Shown: positions 6,951 to 15,651 of the stretch, piece by piece
Numbering within the stretch: the first letter of the stretch is position 1
How the letters are laid out: each line of letters opens with the position of its first letter
From: Oscillatoriales cyanobacterium RM2_1_1
Lineage (GTDB): Bacteria > Cyanobacteriota > Cyanobacteriia > Cyanobacteriales > Microcoleaceae
Assembly (NCBI GenBank): GCA_012033335.1
Contig: JAAURB010000012.1
Coordinates: 30,717 to 54,716, forward strand
Length of the DNA stretch: 24,000 nt
Direction of reading: 5' to 3'
Made by a program: the position numbers and the translations under genes
Notes under the pieces: model-generated
Told to the model about the DNA's origin: nothing
The model's database searches: none
Seen by the model: the letters and a program-made list of their open reading frames with translations, nothing else

Positions 6951-7640
6951 TTGACTGCAAGTTTAAGTAAATCCAGTAAAGTCAGCCAATCCCCTAAGTC
7001 TCAGGTATCAACCGATTGGTATCGCCTCTGCCCTCAATGGCAGGGAGATGAATCGAAGGTACGACAGGGATTACCCCATACTCAACTCGCTCCCCCCTGG
7101 CAAATTTTACTCCTGGGAGATGGCTCTCCCACTCGCCATCTGCAGCTTTTAACCGGGGAGCCCACAGAGGTTGACGTGATTGATATGTCCGCCATTGGTA
7201 TGGATACCGATGAAGCCCCAGAGCTGATTCAGGCTGTACCAGGGCCAAGGCTGCGTCGTCAGGTCTGGCTCCGAACCGCATCAGGACAACGATTAGCCTA
7301 CGCAACTTCTTGGTGGGAAGCCAGTCATGTGGACGACTATCTCCAGAACCGCGATCTGCCAATCTGGGCCAGCCTGGCTCGCCTGCGGACGGAGCTCTAT
7401 CGAGATGTTCAGGGGCTCTACCATGGGGCTTCTCCCGAATTAGAGGTTGCCTTTGATCAGAGTGGGCCATTTTGGGGACGACATTACCTATTCTGGCATC
7501 ATGGTAAGCCATTGACTTTGATCTATGAGGTATTTTCTCCTTATCTAACTCGCTATTTGGGGCCAATCCAGGGGTTAGAGCGGACGCTAGAGCCCTCGAA
7601 TACTAGTTCCACCAAAACTGAGGAGAATAGGTCTGAATGA
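6951..7640 (+). CDS. Chorismate pyruvate-lyase-like protein (UbiC/DUF98-type fold)
   Basis: ILLLGDGSPTRHLQLLTGEPTEVDVI...RRQVWLRT.SGQRLAYATSWW resembles the chorismate lyase family. The start is uncertain: TTG at 6951, with no nearby ATG. Confidence 0.7.
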   Translation: MTASLSKSSKVSQSPKSQVSTDWYRLCPQWQGDESKVRQGLPHTQLAPPWQILLLGDGSPTRHLQLLTGEPTEVDVIDMSAIGMDTDEAPELIQAVPGPRLRRQVWLRTASGQRLAYATSWWEASHVDDYLQNRDLPIWASLARLRTELYRDVQGLYHGASPELEVAFDQSGPFWGRHYLFWHHGKPLTLIYEVFSPYLTRYLGPIQGLERTLEPSNTSSTKTEENRSE

Positions 7641-8049
7641 AGCTTTCAATCTGCCAGCTCAACCCCAAGCCGACAAACGGTAAAGTAGCCAGCACTAGAA
7701 ACGCTAGCCAACTATTCCATTTGGCATTCTGCAACTCCATTCGCACCAGTAAGCTAGAAGCCAACACCATCAGAAAAGTGATAAATAGTTGCAGCAGGGT
7801 AAACATGATCACAACGGTCAACGACCCCGACAGCACGGCGATGAAGGTTCCAACATCGGATTGAAACCACTGAAACATCGGTTTTTTCAGGGTGGCAGAT
7901 GGAGTAGTCAGCAAAATAGCTAGGGCGACAATGAGAACAGCAATAGAAACCCAGACGTGAGGCTCAAGATTCAAGTCTGTCAAATACCAGCCAACCACAA
8001 AATAAGTCAGGGTGAACAGGAACAGGGCAAGCCAGGTGAATGGATTCAC
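7603..8049 (-). CDS. Hypothetical integral membrane protein (~4 TM helices)
   Basis: 148-aa ORF with an ATG start and strongly hydrophobic segments. Its 3' end overlaps the convergent 6951-7640 gene by 38 nt. Confidence 0.7.
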   Translation of the reverse strand: MNPFTWLALFLFTLTYFVVGWYLTDLNLEPHVWVSIAVLIVALAILLTTPSATLKKPMFQWFQSDVGTFIAVLSGSLTVVIMFTLLQLFITFLMVLASSLLVRMELQNAKWNSWLAFLVLATLPFVGLGLSWQIESFIQTYSPQFWWN

Positions 8050-8064
8050 AGAATAATGACTCGA

Positions 8065-8469
8065 TTACAGATTGGTTGAAATGGCCTGGACTGGGCAAGC
8101 TGAGATACATTGCTCACAAACGATACAGCGCGATCTCGTAAAGGTCAGATAAAAGGTCTCCGGATTAAGGGTCAGGGCTGCCGTTGGACAAACCCCTGTA
8201 CATAGACCACAATCCACACAAACAGCTTCATCAATCAAAATCTCCCGGCTGGCCAGGGAAACATTAATCCCCTGGGATTGCATCCAGTCGATGGCTTCCT
8301 CCAGTTGGTCAATATCCCCAGAAAGCTCTACCACCAAAGTTCCGACCTGGTTGGGGGCGACCTGAGCTCGGATAATATTGGCTGCTACATTAAAATCCTT
8401 AGCTAATCGATAGGTCACCGGCATTTGAATCGAGCGCCGGGGAAACGTCAAGGTCACTCGTTTTTTCAT
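8065..8469 (-). CDS. NIL-domain protein fused to a 2x[4Fe-4S] ferredoxin domain
   Basis: Two CxxCxxCxxxCP motifs (CVDCGLCTGVCP and CIVCEQCISACP) follow an N-terminal NIL-like region (PVTYRLAKDFNVAANIIRAQV). Confidence 0.85.
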   Translation of the reverse strand: MKKRVTLTFPRRSIQMPVTYRLAKDFNVAANIIRAQVAPNQVGTLVVELSGDIDQLEEAIDWMQSQGINVSLASREILIDEAVCVDCGLCTGVCPTAALTLNPETFYLTFTRSRCIVCEQCISACPVQAISTNL

Positions 8470-8595
8470 GATTCTGAGGTTTTTGGGGGATTTTGAAGAC
8501 TGCCTGAAGGTTTTTCTGAGCGGCGTGTTCTAGGTCACTTGCCTAATGGCTGCTGTTAAGGAGTTGAGCTAGTTTGACTGGATATGCCTTCCGAC

Positions 8596-9216
8596 TCAAT
8601 AACTGGTAGCTGAACGTCCATAGCGCTTGAGTTTGATCACGACAAAGTAGCTGAAGAACATTACGTAAAATATCAGACCAGCCAGACCTAGAAGCCCTAG
8701 AAACTGCGGATTGAGATTGGGATGGAAAATTTCCCGATACATCCAGGTGGGTTCTAACCAGCCTAGACAGCTCTGATCCTGTAATAAATCTGGGGTTTCT
8801 GCAAAAGCACAATGGATCGATGGCAAAAACAAAACAGCACCAATCAAGTTCCAGGCAGTTATCGCCCATCGCCAGGAAGTGAAGCAGGTTTTCAACGGGG
8901 AAGCGGGCATCTCTTGAATCTCTTCATTGGCATCTACCCAGAACCATAGACCCACCGGAATCAAAATCCGAGCGGCGATCGCGGCCATAAATCCAACCGG
9001 AAGCGCCGCAATCATCAGGTAGACCGTAATCGCCAGTAAACTTGAGACTCGCCAGTAGGTGATCAGTAATCGTTGAATTACTTCGATTCGACGAATGAAT
9101 GCCCAGAGCAAGAGGATCAAGGGCATGATCACGGCAAACAGGACTGCCATTCGATAGTCTGCCCAGACCCAGGCATTGAGGTCGGGAAGTTTAGCCAGTA
9201 ATATAGTATTTAACAT
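8596..9216 (-). CDS. Hypothetical integral membrane protein (multi-pass)
   Basis: Several hydrophobic helices. The ATG at 9216 (MLNTILLAKL) is preferred over the TTG at 9276. It lies downstream of cp12 on the same strand. Confidence 0.7.
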   Translation of the reverse strand: MLNTILLAKLPDLNAWVWADYRMAVLFAVIMPLILLLWAFIRRIEVIQRLLITYWRVSSLLAITVYLMIAALPVGFMAAIAARILIPVGLWFWVDANEEIQEMPASPLKTCFTSWRWAITAWNLIGAVLFLPSIHCAFAETPDLLQDQSCLGWLEPTWMYREIFHPNLNPQFLGLLGLAGLIFYVMFFSYFVVIKLKRYGRSATSY

Positions 9217-9393
9217 CAACTCAAAATCCCCAGCCCATTCAATCAATTTAGACTCAAGCTTAAAAATAACTCTCAAACAAATCTAAAATAAAAGAAGGGA
9301 GCAAACTGGTTTGAATCGGTGTGCCAGTTGCCTCCCCCTATTAAACTGACCAATAGCCTGATCAATTTCCTTACAAAGTCAGATCAAAATCTT

Positions 9394-9621
9394 CTAATCT
9401 TCGTAAATTCTACACTCTGCTGCTTCTGGATTATTATCGCAGTAAGTTTCAAAGGAACTTTTTGGCTTACTTTGCTTTTGGTGGGCAGCTTCTGCTTGCA
9501 ATTCTTCAACAACATCCCAGGCTACAGCACAATCACCAGAAGTCCCACCTTGAGTATCACAGACAGTACGAGCTGCTTCCCGCTCCTGCTCAATCAAGTC
9601 TTCAATGTTTTTGTTTGTCAT
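9394..9621 (-). CDS. cp12: CP12, the Calvin-cycle GAPDH/PRK regulatory protein
   Basis: 75 aa with two Cys pairs, the AWD.VEEL core and the hallmark C-terminus YCDNNPEAAECRIYED. Confidence 0.95.
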   Translation of the reverse strand: MTNKNIEDLIEQEREAARTVCDTQGGTSGDCAVAWDVVEELQAEAAHQKQSKPKSSFETYCDNNPEAAECRIYED

Positions 9622-9774
9622 AACTAATCTTACCTTGTGTAGTACATCTTTACATCTATCCTCTGTGATAGCTCAGATCCAAGGCAGAACCATACATTTC
9701 TTTTGATCTTTTAAGGTTTGCTGAGGTTCAGAGGATAGGGTTCTTAACAAGTTTCAAACTCGACTTGCCCTTGA

Positions 9775-9788
9775 ATATGCTAGCATAT
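9775..9788. promoter_or_regulatory. Perfect 14-bp palindrome atatgctagcatat flanked by direct cttgaat repeats; possible operator
   Basis: Self-complementary by direct reading. It lies about 155 nt upstream of the cp12 start codon in the ORF-free region. Confidence 0.25.
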
Positions 9789-10160
9789 CTGATCTTGAAT
9801 CCGCAGAGCGGTAATTCCTGATCACTGATTCTGAATGATTTATAGCGACTTTATAATCCCATGAGGTAGAGAGTTGAGGGGGGTTAACGCACTGCACTAC
9901 CTCCTTCTATGGGCCAGCAGCGTGAGAAATACAATACCCGGATCATCCCACATAATTCATGAATCCCTATAGTCTGAATCATCCCAAATCCAAAGACGTA
10001 GGGGTTCTATCTAGTTGAGGTATAGGTTTTGAACTTTCTGTTTCCGACGGCCAATGCTAGAAAGACTTCAAAATTATAATTTCTGAGGAATGGATAGTCA
10101 GGGTTCCTATGTATCGATGACGAATTGATCAGATTCACGATAATTGCAACCCACTTCAGC

Positions 10161-10210
10161 TTGACTTTTTTGACAAAAAGGTTGACGTTAAACTCTAATT
10201 GGCGGATAGT
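10161..10210 (+). promoter_or_regulatory. Cluster of three TTGAC(-35-like) motifs with -10-like hexamers; candidate promoter for the HerA-like gene
   Basis: ttgact 10161, ttgaca 10170, ttgacg 10182. TTGACA-N18-TCTAAT (10194-10199) and TTGACG-N17-GATAGT (10205-10210). Confidence 0.3.
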
Positions 10211-10385
10211 GGTAATCAAACCTGAAAAAAATTGATAGTTTTATTTCTCTATTTCCTACTCTCAATTTTGAGGTTAACCCTTATTAAACAAGAGACTACT
10301 AAAGTTTTTAATTCATTTCTCGTCCCACGAATAATACTTTAACTCGATCTTTGACTCCATTCTCAACTTCTTCTGATGGTAGCTT

Positions 10386-12125
10386 ATGGCAACGGAAAAA
10401 CCCCTCGGTTCTATCATTCAAGGCTCCTTAACTAAAGGTCTAGAAGTGCGATTGCATCCTGATATCTCTGTAGAAGAGATGCGAGTAGGGAAGTTTTTGA
10501 TTGTCCGGGGCGTGCGATCGCGGTTTTTCTGTCTATTGACGGATGTTGCCCTGGGAACCGCCAGCCCTCGGATTCTCAGCAATCCGCCGCGACCTGAGGA
10601 TGACTTCATGCAGGCGGTGCTGGCGGGGAGCAGCACCTATGGGACTATCGAGCTGAGCCCGATGCTAATGCTAAATCAGGATCTCCCCGATGACCTGGAT
10701 TTGCGAGAATTGATCGCCCAGGAAAATGCCGCAGCCTCCCAACCTGGACGTAGTACTTTGGCCTCCTATCAACCTCAGACAAGCGCCGCCATTCAGCTAC
10801 TCCCAGTCAAAACTATCCCCACCCACTTTTCCCAAGTCTATGAAGCCAGTGAGCGGGATTTTAGGGTGATTTTTGGCTGGGAGGACGATCCCCATCGCCG
10901 TAACTTTGCCATTGGTCAACCGATTGACATGGATGTTCCAGTCTGTATTGATCTGGATCGGTTTGTGGAGCGCAGCAACGGGGTATTCGGCAAGTCTGGA
11001 ACCGGAAAATCCTTCCTGACTCGATTGCTGTTGTCGGGCATTATCCGCAAAGATGCCGCCGTGAATCTGATCTTTGATATGCACTCTGAATATGGCTGGG
11101 AGGCGGTTTCAGAAGGCAAGAAGTTTAATACCGTTAAGGGGCTGCGGCAATTATTTCCGGGACGGGTGGAGGTGTACACCTTAGACCCCGACTCTGCTCG
11201 GCGGCGGGGTATTCGAGATGCCCAGGAGCTTTATCTGAGTTACAACCAGATTGAGGTGGAGGATCTGGCTTTAGTCCAGCGGGAATTAAACCTCTCAGAA
11301 GCCAGTCTCGACAGCGCCAATATTCTGCGGGGTGAATTTGGCAAGAACTGGATTGCCCAACTGATCGAGATGACCAACGAAGATATTCAGCTCTTCTGTG
11401 ATGAAAAACGGGGTCACAAGGGATCGATCATGTCCCTCCAGCGTAAGTTGCTGCGGTTGGACAACTTGAAATATATGCGACCGAGTTCTAAACAGAACTC
11501 CGTCGAACGGGTGATGGAATCTTTGGAAGCGGGCAAAAATGTGATTGTGGAATTTGGTTCTCAGTCGGATATGTTGTCCTACATGCTGGTGACAAACATG
11601 ATCACCCGACGGATTCACCAAGCCTATGTCCGGAAGGCCGAGAAGTTTCTTGCCTCTAAAAATCCCTGCGATCGCCCCCAACAGTTGGTCATTACCATTG
11701 AAGAAGCCCATCGATTTCTAGATCCAGCCATTGTCCGCTCGACGATCTTCGGCAATATTGCCCGGGAAATGCGGAAGTATTTTGTCACCTTACTAGTGGT
11801 GGATCAGCGACCTTCTGGCATCGATGCCGAGGTGATGTCCCAGATTGGTACCCGGATTACGGCGTTATTAAATGATGACAAAGACATTGAAGCGATTTTT
11901 ACTGGGGTTTCTGGGGGGCAGAGCTTGCGGTCTGTCTTGGCCAAGCTAGATTCTAAGCAGCAAGCCTTGGTGTTGGGCCATGCCGTGCCCATGCCGGTGG
12001 TAATTCGTACCCGGCTGTATGACGAACAGTTCTATCAGGAAATTGCTGATATCGACTGGGAGGAAATGTCCGATGAAGCAGTATTGGAGGCGGCGGTGAC
12101 GGCCAAGAGTGATCTGGGATTTTAG
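10386..12125 (+). CDS. HerA/FtsK-type P-loop ATPase (DUF87-like) with an N-terminal HAS-barrel-like domain
   Basis: Walker A GKSGTGKS (aa 202-209), Walker B-like VITIEEAH, and LLVVDQRPSGID...GTRITALLND, typical of the HerA clade. ATG start. Confidence 0.85.
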   Translation: MATEKPLGSIIQGSLTKGLEVRLHPDISVEEMRVGKFLIVRGVRSRFFCLLTDVALGTASPRILSNPPRPEDDFMQAVLAGSSTYGTIELSPMLMLNQDLPDDLDLRELIAQENAAASQPGRSTLASYQPQTSAAIQLLPVKTIPTHFSQVYEASERDFRVIFGWEDDPHRRNFAIGQPIDMDVPVCIDLDRFVERSNGVFGKSGTGKSFLTRLLLSGIIRKDAAVNLIFDMHSEYGWEAVSEGKKFNTVKGLRQLFPGRVEVYTLDPDSARRRGIRDAQELYLSYNQIEVEDLALVQRELNLSEASLDSANILRGEFGKNWIAQLIEMTNEDIQLFCDEKRGHKGSIMSLQRKLLRLDNLKYMRPSSKQNSVERVMESLEAGKNVIVEFGSQSDMLSYMLVTNMITRRIHQAYVRKAEKFLASKNPCDRPQQLVITIEEAHRFLDPAIVRSTIFGNIAREMRKYFVTLLVVDQRPSGIDAEVMSQIGTRITALLNDDKDIEAIFTGVSGGQSLRSVLAKLDSKQQALVLGHAVPMPVVIRTRLYDEQFYQEIADIDWEEMSDEAVLEAAVTAKSDLGF

Positions 12126-13765
12126 ATCTTATGACTATATTCCTCCTCGGTTGGACTCCCAACAAACTGGTTTGTAGCTTCCGCTAAATGCTTTTTTAGG
12201 GTGGTTTCCGGTAAGGGCCCGATTAGATGGCTCCAGGGGAGAACTTGCTCCAGGTTCCAGGTTTGATGGACGTAATAGTCCAAGGGCGGCAGTTTCCCTT
12301 TGAGTTCTTTGAATGCCCGACGATAACTGCCCAGGGAATCCCCGTAGTGGCGCACCAGTTCTAAAACCTGGGAAAGACGGCGATCGCCTCTGGAAATCAA
12401 GGCTTGTACCACTGACCATTTGTAACTTTCTGGACGGAACTCGATGCCTTGGGGGCGCAATTGTTTTTCCAAAATTTTTAAGCGCTTTTCTGCCTCTGGA
12501 TTGACTCCAAACCATTGAAACGGAGTATGGGCCTTGGGCACAAAGGTACTGCAGCCCAGGGTTAATCTCAGGCCAGGGGCGGCTTGTTTGAGCTGCTGCA
12601 TCAGCTCCAGAGTAGCGGTAATATCCTCGGATTCTTCCCCGGGAATCCCCACCATGCCATAGAGCTTCATGGCCTGTAAGCCTCCAGCCTTGGCGTTGAT
12701 GGCCGCTTGAATAATCTCCTCGGTCTGAAGCTTTTTGTTAACGATTTCCCGCAGGCGATCGCTGCCACTTTCCACCGCAATTGTAATGCTGCGGGTGTCT
12801 CGTTGGGCCAAGGTTTCAGCCAGTTTAACCGTGACAGTGTTGGTGCGAACGGAGGCAATGCTGAGGCGGATGCCGTCATATTTAGGCTGTTTGAGATGAT
12901 CCAGCAGGGCTGTAAATTCCGGGTGCTGGGTGACTGAGGCCCCTAGAAGTCCGATCCGTTGGGTAACCGTCAGTCCCCGATCAATGGCAGGAATCAGAGA
13001 ATCGCTGAGGCTGGCAGTTCTAAAGGGCAGGGTTAGGTAGCTGGCCAGACAGAAGCGACACATCTCCGGGCAACTGCGAACTACTTCCACCATATAGATA
13101 TTTTCCCAGGCTGCCTTGTCCGTGACCACGGTGGAGGCGAGGAGAGTATTACTGCGATAGGTTTGTTTGTGGACTTGGGCTGGGATTTTTGAGTCAAGGG
13201 GACAAATTTCCTGAATCTCCTCTGTCCCAGAGTGATAGATCACCTGGTATAAGCTGGGTACATAGATGCCAGGAACTTGGGCTAAATGCCTGAGCTGGGT
13301 TTTGCGATCCCCATAACGTACCTGTTGATAAGCCTCTATGAAGGCTCCCAATAAATCCTCTCCATCCCCTAGCAAAATCAGATCAAAGAAATCGGCAAAG
13401 GGCTCCGGATTAGCGGTCAATACTGGCCCACCCCCAAAAACCAGGGGATCAGATTGACTTCGTTGATTGGCCCGCAGGGGAATTTCTAACTGTTCAAGCT
13501 GGCTGAGAATGTTGCTGTAGTCCAGTTCCCAGGAAAAGGAAAACCCCACCAGTTCGGGCTGAGATCGCAAAGGTTCGTGGATGTCCGTAAATAGCCGACT
13601 GACCTGAACCTCAGAACGTAATGCCAGAGTGGCCCACACTACTTGATATCCCAAACTGGTAATCCCAACGGTGTATTCGTTGGGAAACGCCAGAATTACT
13701 GGAATTGCATCAGGAGCAGGAGTTGCTGGGGTAAAAAGTAACCGTTCAGCGTTAAAGACAGTCAA
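12122..13765 (-). CDS. Radical SAM protein with an N-terminal B12-binding-like domain (uncharacterised TIGR03960-like family)
   Basis: CxxxCxxC motif in VVRSCPEMCRFCLASY; GIPGE and an N-terminal FPNEYTVGITSLGYQ segment. TTG start at 13765, with no nearby ATG. Confidence 0.88.
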   Translation of the reverse strand: MTVFNAERLLFTPATPAPDAIPVILAFPNEYTVGITSLGYQVVWATLALRSEVQVSRLFTDIHEPLRSQPELVGFSFSWELDYSNILSQLEQLEIPLRANQRSQSDPLVFGGGPVLTANPEPFADFFDLILLGDGEDLLGAFIEAYQQVRYGDRKTQLRHLAQVPGIYVPSLYQVIYHSGTEEIQEICPLDSKIPAQVHKQTYRSNTLLASTVVTDKAAWENIYMVEVVRSCPEMCRFCLASYLTLPFRTASLSDSLIPAIDRGLTVTQRIGLLGASVTQHPEFTALLDHLKQPKYDGIRLSIASVRTNTVTVKLAETLAQRDTRSITIAVESGSDRLREIVNKKLQTEEIIQAAINAKAGGLQAMKLYGMVGIPGEESEDITATLELMQQLKQAAPGLRLTLGCSTFVPKAHTPFQWFGVNPEAEKRLKILEKQLRPQGIEFRPESYKWSVVQALISRGDRRLSQVLELVRHYGDSLGSYRRAFKELKGKLPPLDYYVHQTWNLEQVLPWSHLIGPLPETTLKKHLAEATNQFVGSPTEEEYSHKI

Positions 13766-13844
13766 ACTAAGTTAATTAGATTCAAAACCAAACTAAATCG
13801 TTAAAAAGAGTTAAACAGGGATGGTTGCAACATCATGTTAGGAG

Positions 13845-14099
13845 CTAACCATATTTTAACTTAAACCCCAGGATTGTTGAAGCCAGAATCAAAGTCACCA
13901 GGTTGGCAATCATAATCGGAATATCCTGGAGTAAAAAACCGTAAATGAGCCAGAGGAATACCCCCAGGCAGAAAATCACAAACATTTCCAGGGAAACATC
14001 CTCAGCGGATTTGCTTTTCCAGGTCTTGATCACCTGAGGAATAAATGCCAGGGTCGTTAAGGTTCCAGCGAGTAACCCGATAGCGGTAATTAAAGTCAT
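13845..14099 (-). CDS. SemiSWEET / PQ-loop sugar transporter family protein (3 TM, 84 aa)
   Basis: The PQ motif in LAFIPQVIKTWKSKSAEDVSL and its small size fit the family. The internal ATG at 14099 is preferred over the long upstream extension. Confidence 0.85.
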   Translation of the reverse strand: MTLITAIGLLAGTLTTLAFIPQVIKTWKSKSAEDVSLEMFVIFCLGVFLWLIYGFLLQDIPIMIANLVTLILASTILGFKLKYG

Positions 14100-14303
14100 A
14101 AAAACCCGGAAACATTTAAGCGTGCAACACTTACTTATTTTAGATGTTCGGAGAGTTCCCATCCAAGACAAAGATCCCAGCTTGCGATAAGTGGGATCTG
14201 ACTGGAATTGAATGCTTGATTTCAACAAGCCTGAAGTCTAAATGCCTGGGAACCTCAATCTCAAGCATTTATCTGGGCAGGGCCGGTTTAAAACCTCGGC
14301 TTC

Positions 14304-14423
14304 CTACATTGAAGAACCCATGCCCACATAGGAACCATAGAAAAATAGACCGACAACAACTAGAACACCTGTTCCAGCAACCGTTGCAACTAGCCACAAT
14401 GGAATTCGTGCTTGTCCAGACAC
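14304..14423 (-). CDS. psbJ: Photosystem II protein PsbJ (39 aa, GTG start)
   Basis: [44 protein letters not shown] lies upstream, and the GTG is the first canonical start after an in-frame TAA. Not in the ORF track (under 60 aa). Confidence 0.9.
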   Translation of the reverse strand: MSGQARIPLWLVATVAGTGVLVVVGLFFYGSYVGMGSSM

Positions 14424-14473
14424 AGCGCTTACCTCGTTAAATCTGTTGACTTTAATGGGTTGACCTTAAACGT

Positions 14474-14595
14474 GTTAAGTAGCTTGACGCAATTAATTAG
14501 AAGACTAATATGGGGGTGAAGGGGATACTGCCCTTCTTGGGACTTCGCCCCCAACCCCCTTCCATTTAACAATTAATTACAACCACCTACTTAAC
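14474..14595. mobile_element. MITE-like ~122-bp palindromic repeat element, copy A, inside the psbL-psbJ spacer
   Basis: 9-bp terminal inverted repeat gttaagtag / ctacttaac, internal aattaatt on both arms, and G-rich/C-rich complementary arms. A second copy lies at 22416-22539. Confidence 0.6.
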
Positions 14596-14726
14596 TAGAA
14601 TTTGTTAACTTGAGCTTATTGATCTCAGGATAGCTAGAGCCTGTTAGCTCGATGCCAACTTGAGCATGTTAACGTTGAACTTATTCCGAGTAACTCAGGG
14701 TAGAGCCCTATACAAAGGGATTCCGG

Positions 14727-14846
14727 TTAGTTAAAGAAATAACTAGAAAATAAAATTCCTAGAACGAAAACCAGAAGTAAACCTAGATAAAGGGAAGTCC
14801 GGTTTAACTCAACAGGTTGACGATTTGGATTGGGTATTCTGTCCAT
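14727..14846 (-). CDS. psbL: Photosystem II protein PsbL (39 aa)
   Basis: [39 protein letters not shown], a near-canonical PsbL sequence. Confidence 0.95.
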   Translation of the reverse strand: MDRIPNPNRQPVELNRTSLYLGLLLVFVLGILFSSYFFN

Positions 14847-14855
14847 CAAAATCTC

Positions 14856-14993
14856 CTATCGCTGAATAAACTGCATGGCCGCGATCGCTCCCAGGAAAAA
14901 TACCGTGGGAACTCCTAAGGTATGAACAGCAAGCCACCGAACTGTAAAAATTGGGTAAGTTACTGGCTCATTTGAACTGGATCCACTTGTCAT
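14856..14993 (-). CDS. psbF: Cytochrome b559 beta subunit PsbF (45 aa)
   Basis: [45 protein letters not shown], including the heme-ligand His context. Confidence 0.95.
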   Translation of the reverse strand: MTSGSSSNEPVTYPIFTVRWLAVHTLGVPTVFFLGAIAAMQFIQR

Positions 14994-15071
14994 TTGAACT
15001 AACCTCTCTTAACGACTCTCTAACAACTTTCTAATGACCAATTGACTAGGTTTTGACTACTTGTTAATGAA

Positions 15072-15320
15072 TTACTTATCAGTGAACTCATTAATCTGTT
15101 CCTTGCCACTGAATCGATCAGAAACAATTGGTAATTCCTGACGTTCCTGGGTGAAATATTCATTGGGGCGGGGAGTACCAAAAATATCATAGGCCAACCC
15201 AGTACTAACAAACAGCCAACCAGCAATAAACAAAGCTGGAATCGTAATGCTATGGATTACCCAATAACGAACACTGGTGATAATATCCCCAAAAGGACGC
15301 TCTCCCGTTGAACCTGCCAT
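15072..15320 (-). CDS. psbE: Cytochrome b559 alpha subunit PsbE (82 aa)
   Basis: [72 protein letters not shown] lies upstream of the ATG at 15320. The longer ORF-track extension is rejected. Confidence 0.95.
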   Translation of the reverse strand: MAGSTGERPFGDIITSVRYWVIHSITIPALFIAGWLFVSTGLAYDIFGTPRPNEYFTQERQELPIVSDRFSGKEQINEFTDK

Positions 15321-15651
15321 GTACTGTGATCCTCCAAAAGTTATCGACAAAAAAGCATTGAACGCAAAATGCAAACTGAAGTTATCCGACCAGGTTTCTA
15401 AATAAACTTCTGCCTCAGCAGAGCGTTTAGATATCTTCGCTTTATTAATAATATAATACGATGCTGAGATACTTCGTAACCCGCCCATCGGGATCTGACT
15501 TGAATTGTAAAGAGTATTAGGTATATTTATCTACCCGACTAGAAGCCTGCACTACAAACCTGGACAAACCCCTTGGGCTTACTCTGAATCACTTCAATTC
15601 CACCCCTGTTAAATCTCAACCATTATTAAGCGACCATTTTGAGCGGCAATT

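Noticed and set aside
6994-7566. 190-aa minus-strand ORF lying entirely antisense to the chorismate-lyase-like gene
   Set aside because: It is a Pro/Arg/Gly-rich shadow ORF typical of the antisense strand of a GC-balanced gene. It has no recognisable motif, and the sense ORF has family-like motifs.
8543-8869. 108-aa minus-strand ORF overlapping the 8596-9216 membrane-protein gene out of frame
   Set aside because: The alternative frame gives a coherent multi-pass membrane protein. This ORF is Cys/Arg/Ser-rich noise.
9319-9627. 102-aa plus-strand ORF overlapping cp12
   Set aside because: It is antisense to a textbook CP12 sequence. It is hydrophobic only because of the codon complement.
10007-10219. 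70-aa minus-strand ORF in the long cp12/HerA-like intergenic region
   Set aside because: It has a TTG start, AT-rich low-complexity translation, no RBS and no motif. It is most likely non-coding.
10797-11711. Several minus-strand ORFs (10797-11084, 10916-11179, 11295-11711) inside the HerA-like gene
   Set aside because: All are antisense to a gene with clear Walker motifs. None has recognisable domains.
10386-13765. HerA-like ATPase plus radical SAM protein as a two-gene system
   Set aside because: The genes are convergent (tail-to-tail, 4-nt overlap), so they cannot be one operon. The radical SAM protein looks like a widespread housekeeping-type family.
14144-14440. 98-aa plus-strand ORF
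   Set aside because: It is antisense to psbJ and to the region upstream of the SemiSWEET gene. The psbJ reading on the minus strand is unambiguous.
15321-15488. N-terminal extension of psbE (138-aa ORF in the track)
   Set aside because: Canonical PsbE begins at [10 protein letters not shown] with GGAGGA upstream. The 56-aa extension has no counterpart in the PsbE sequences I know.
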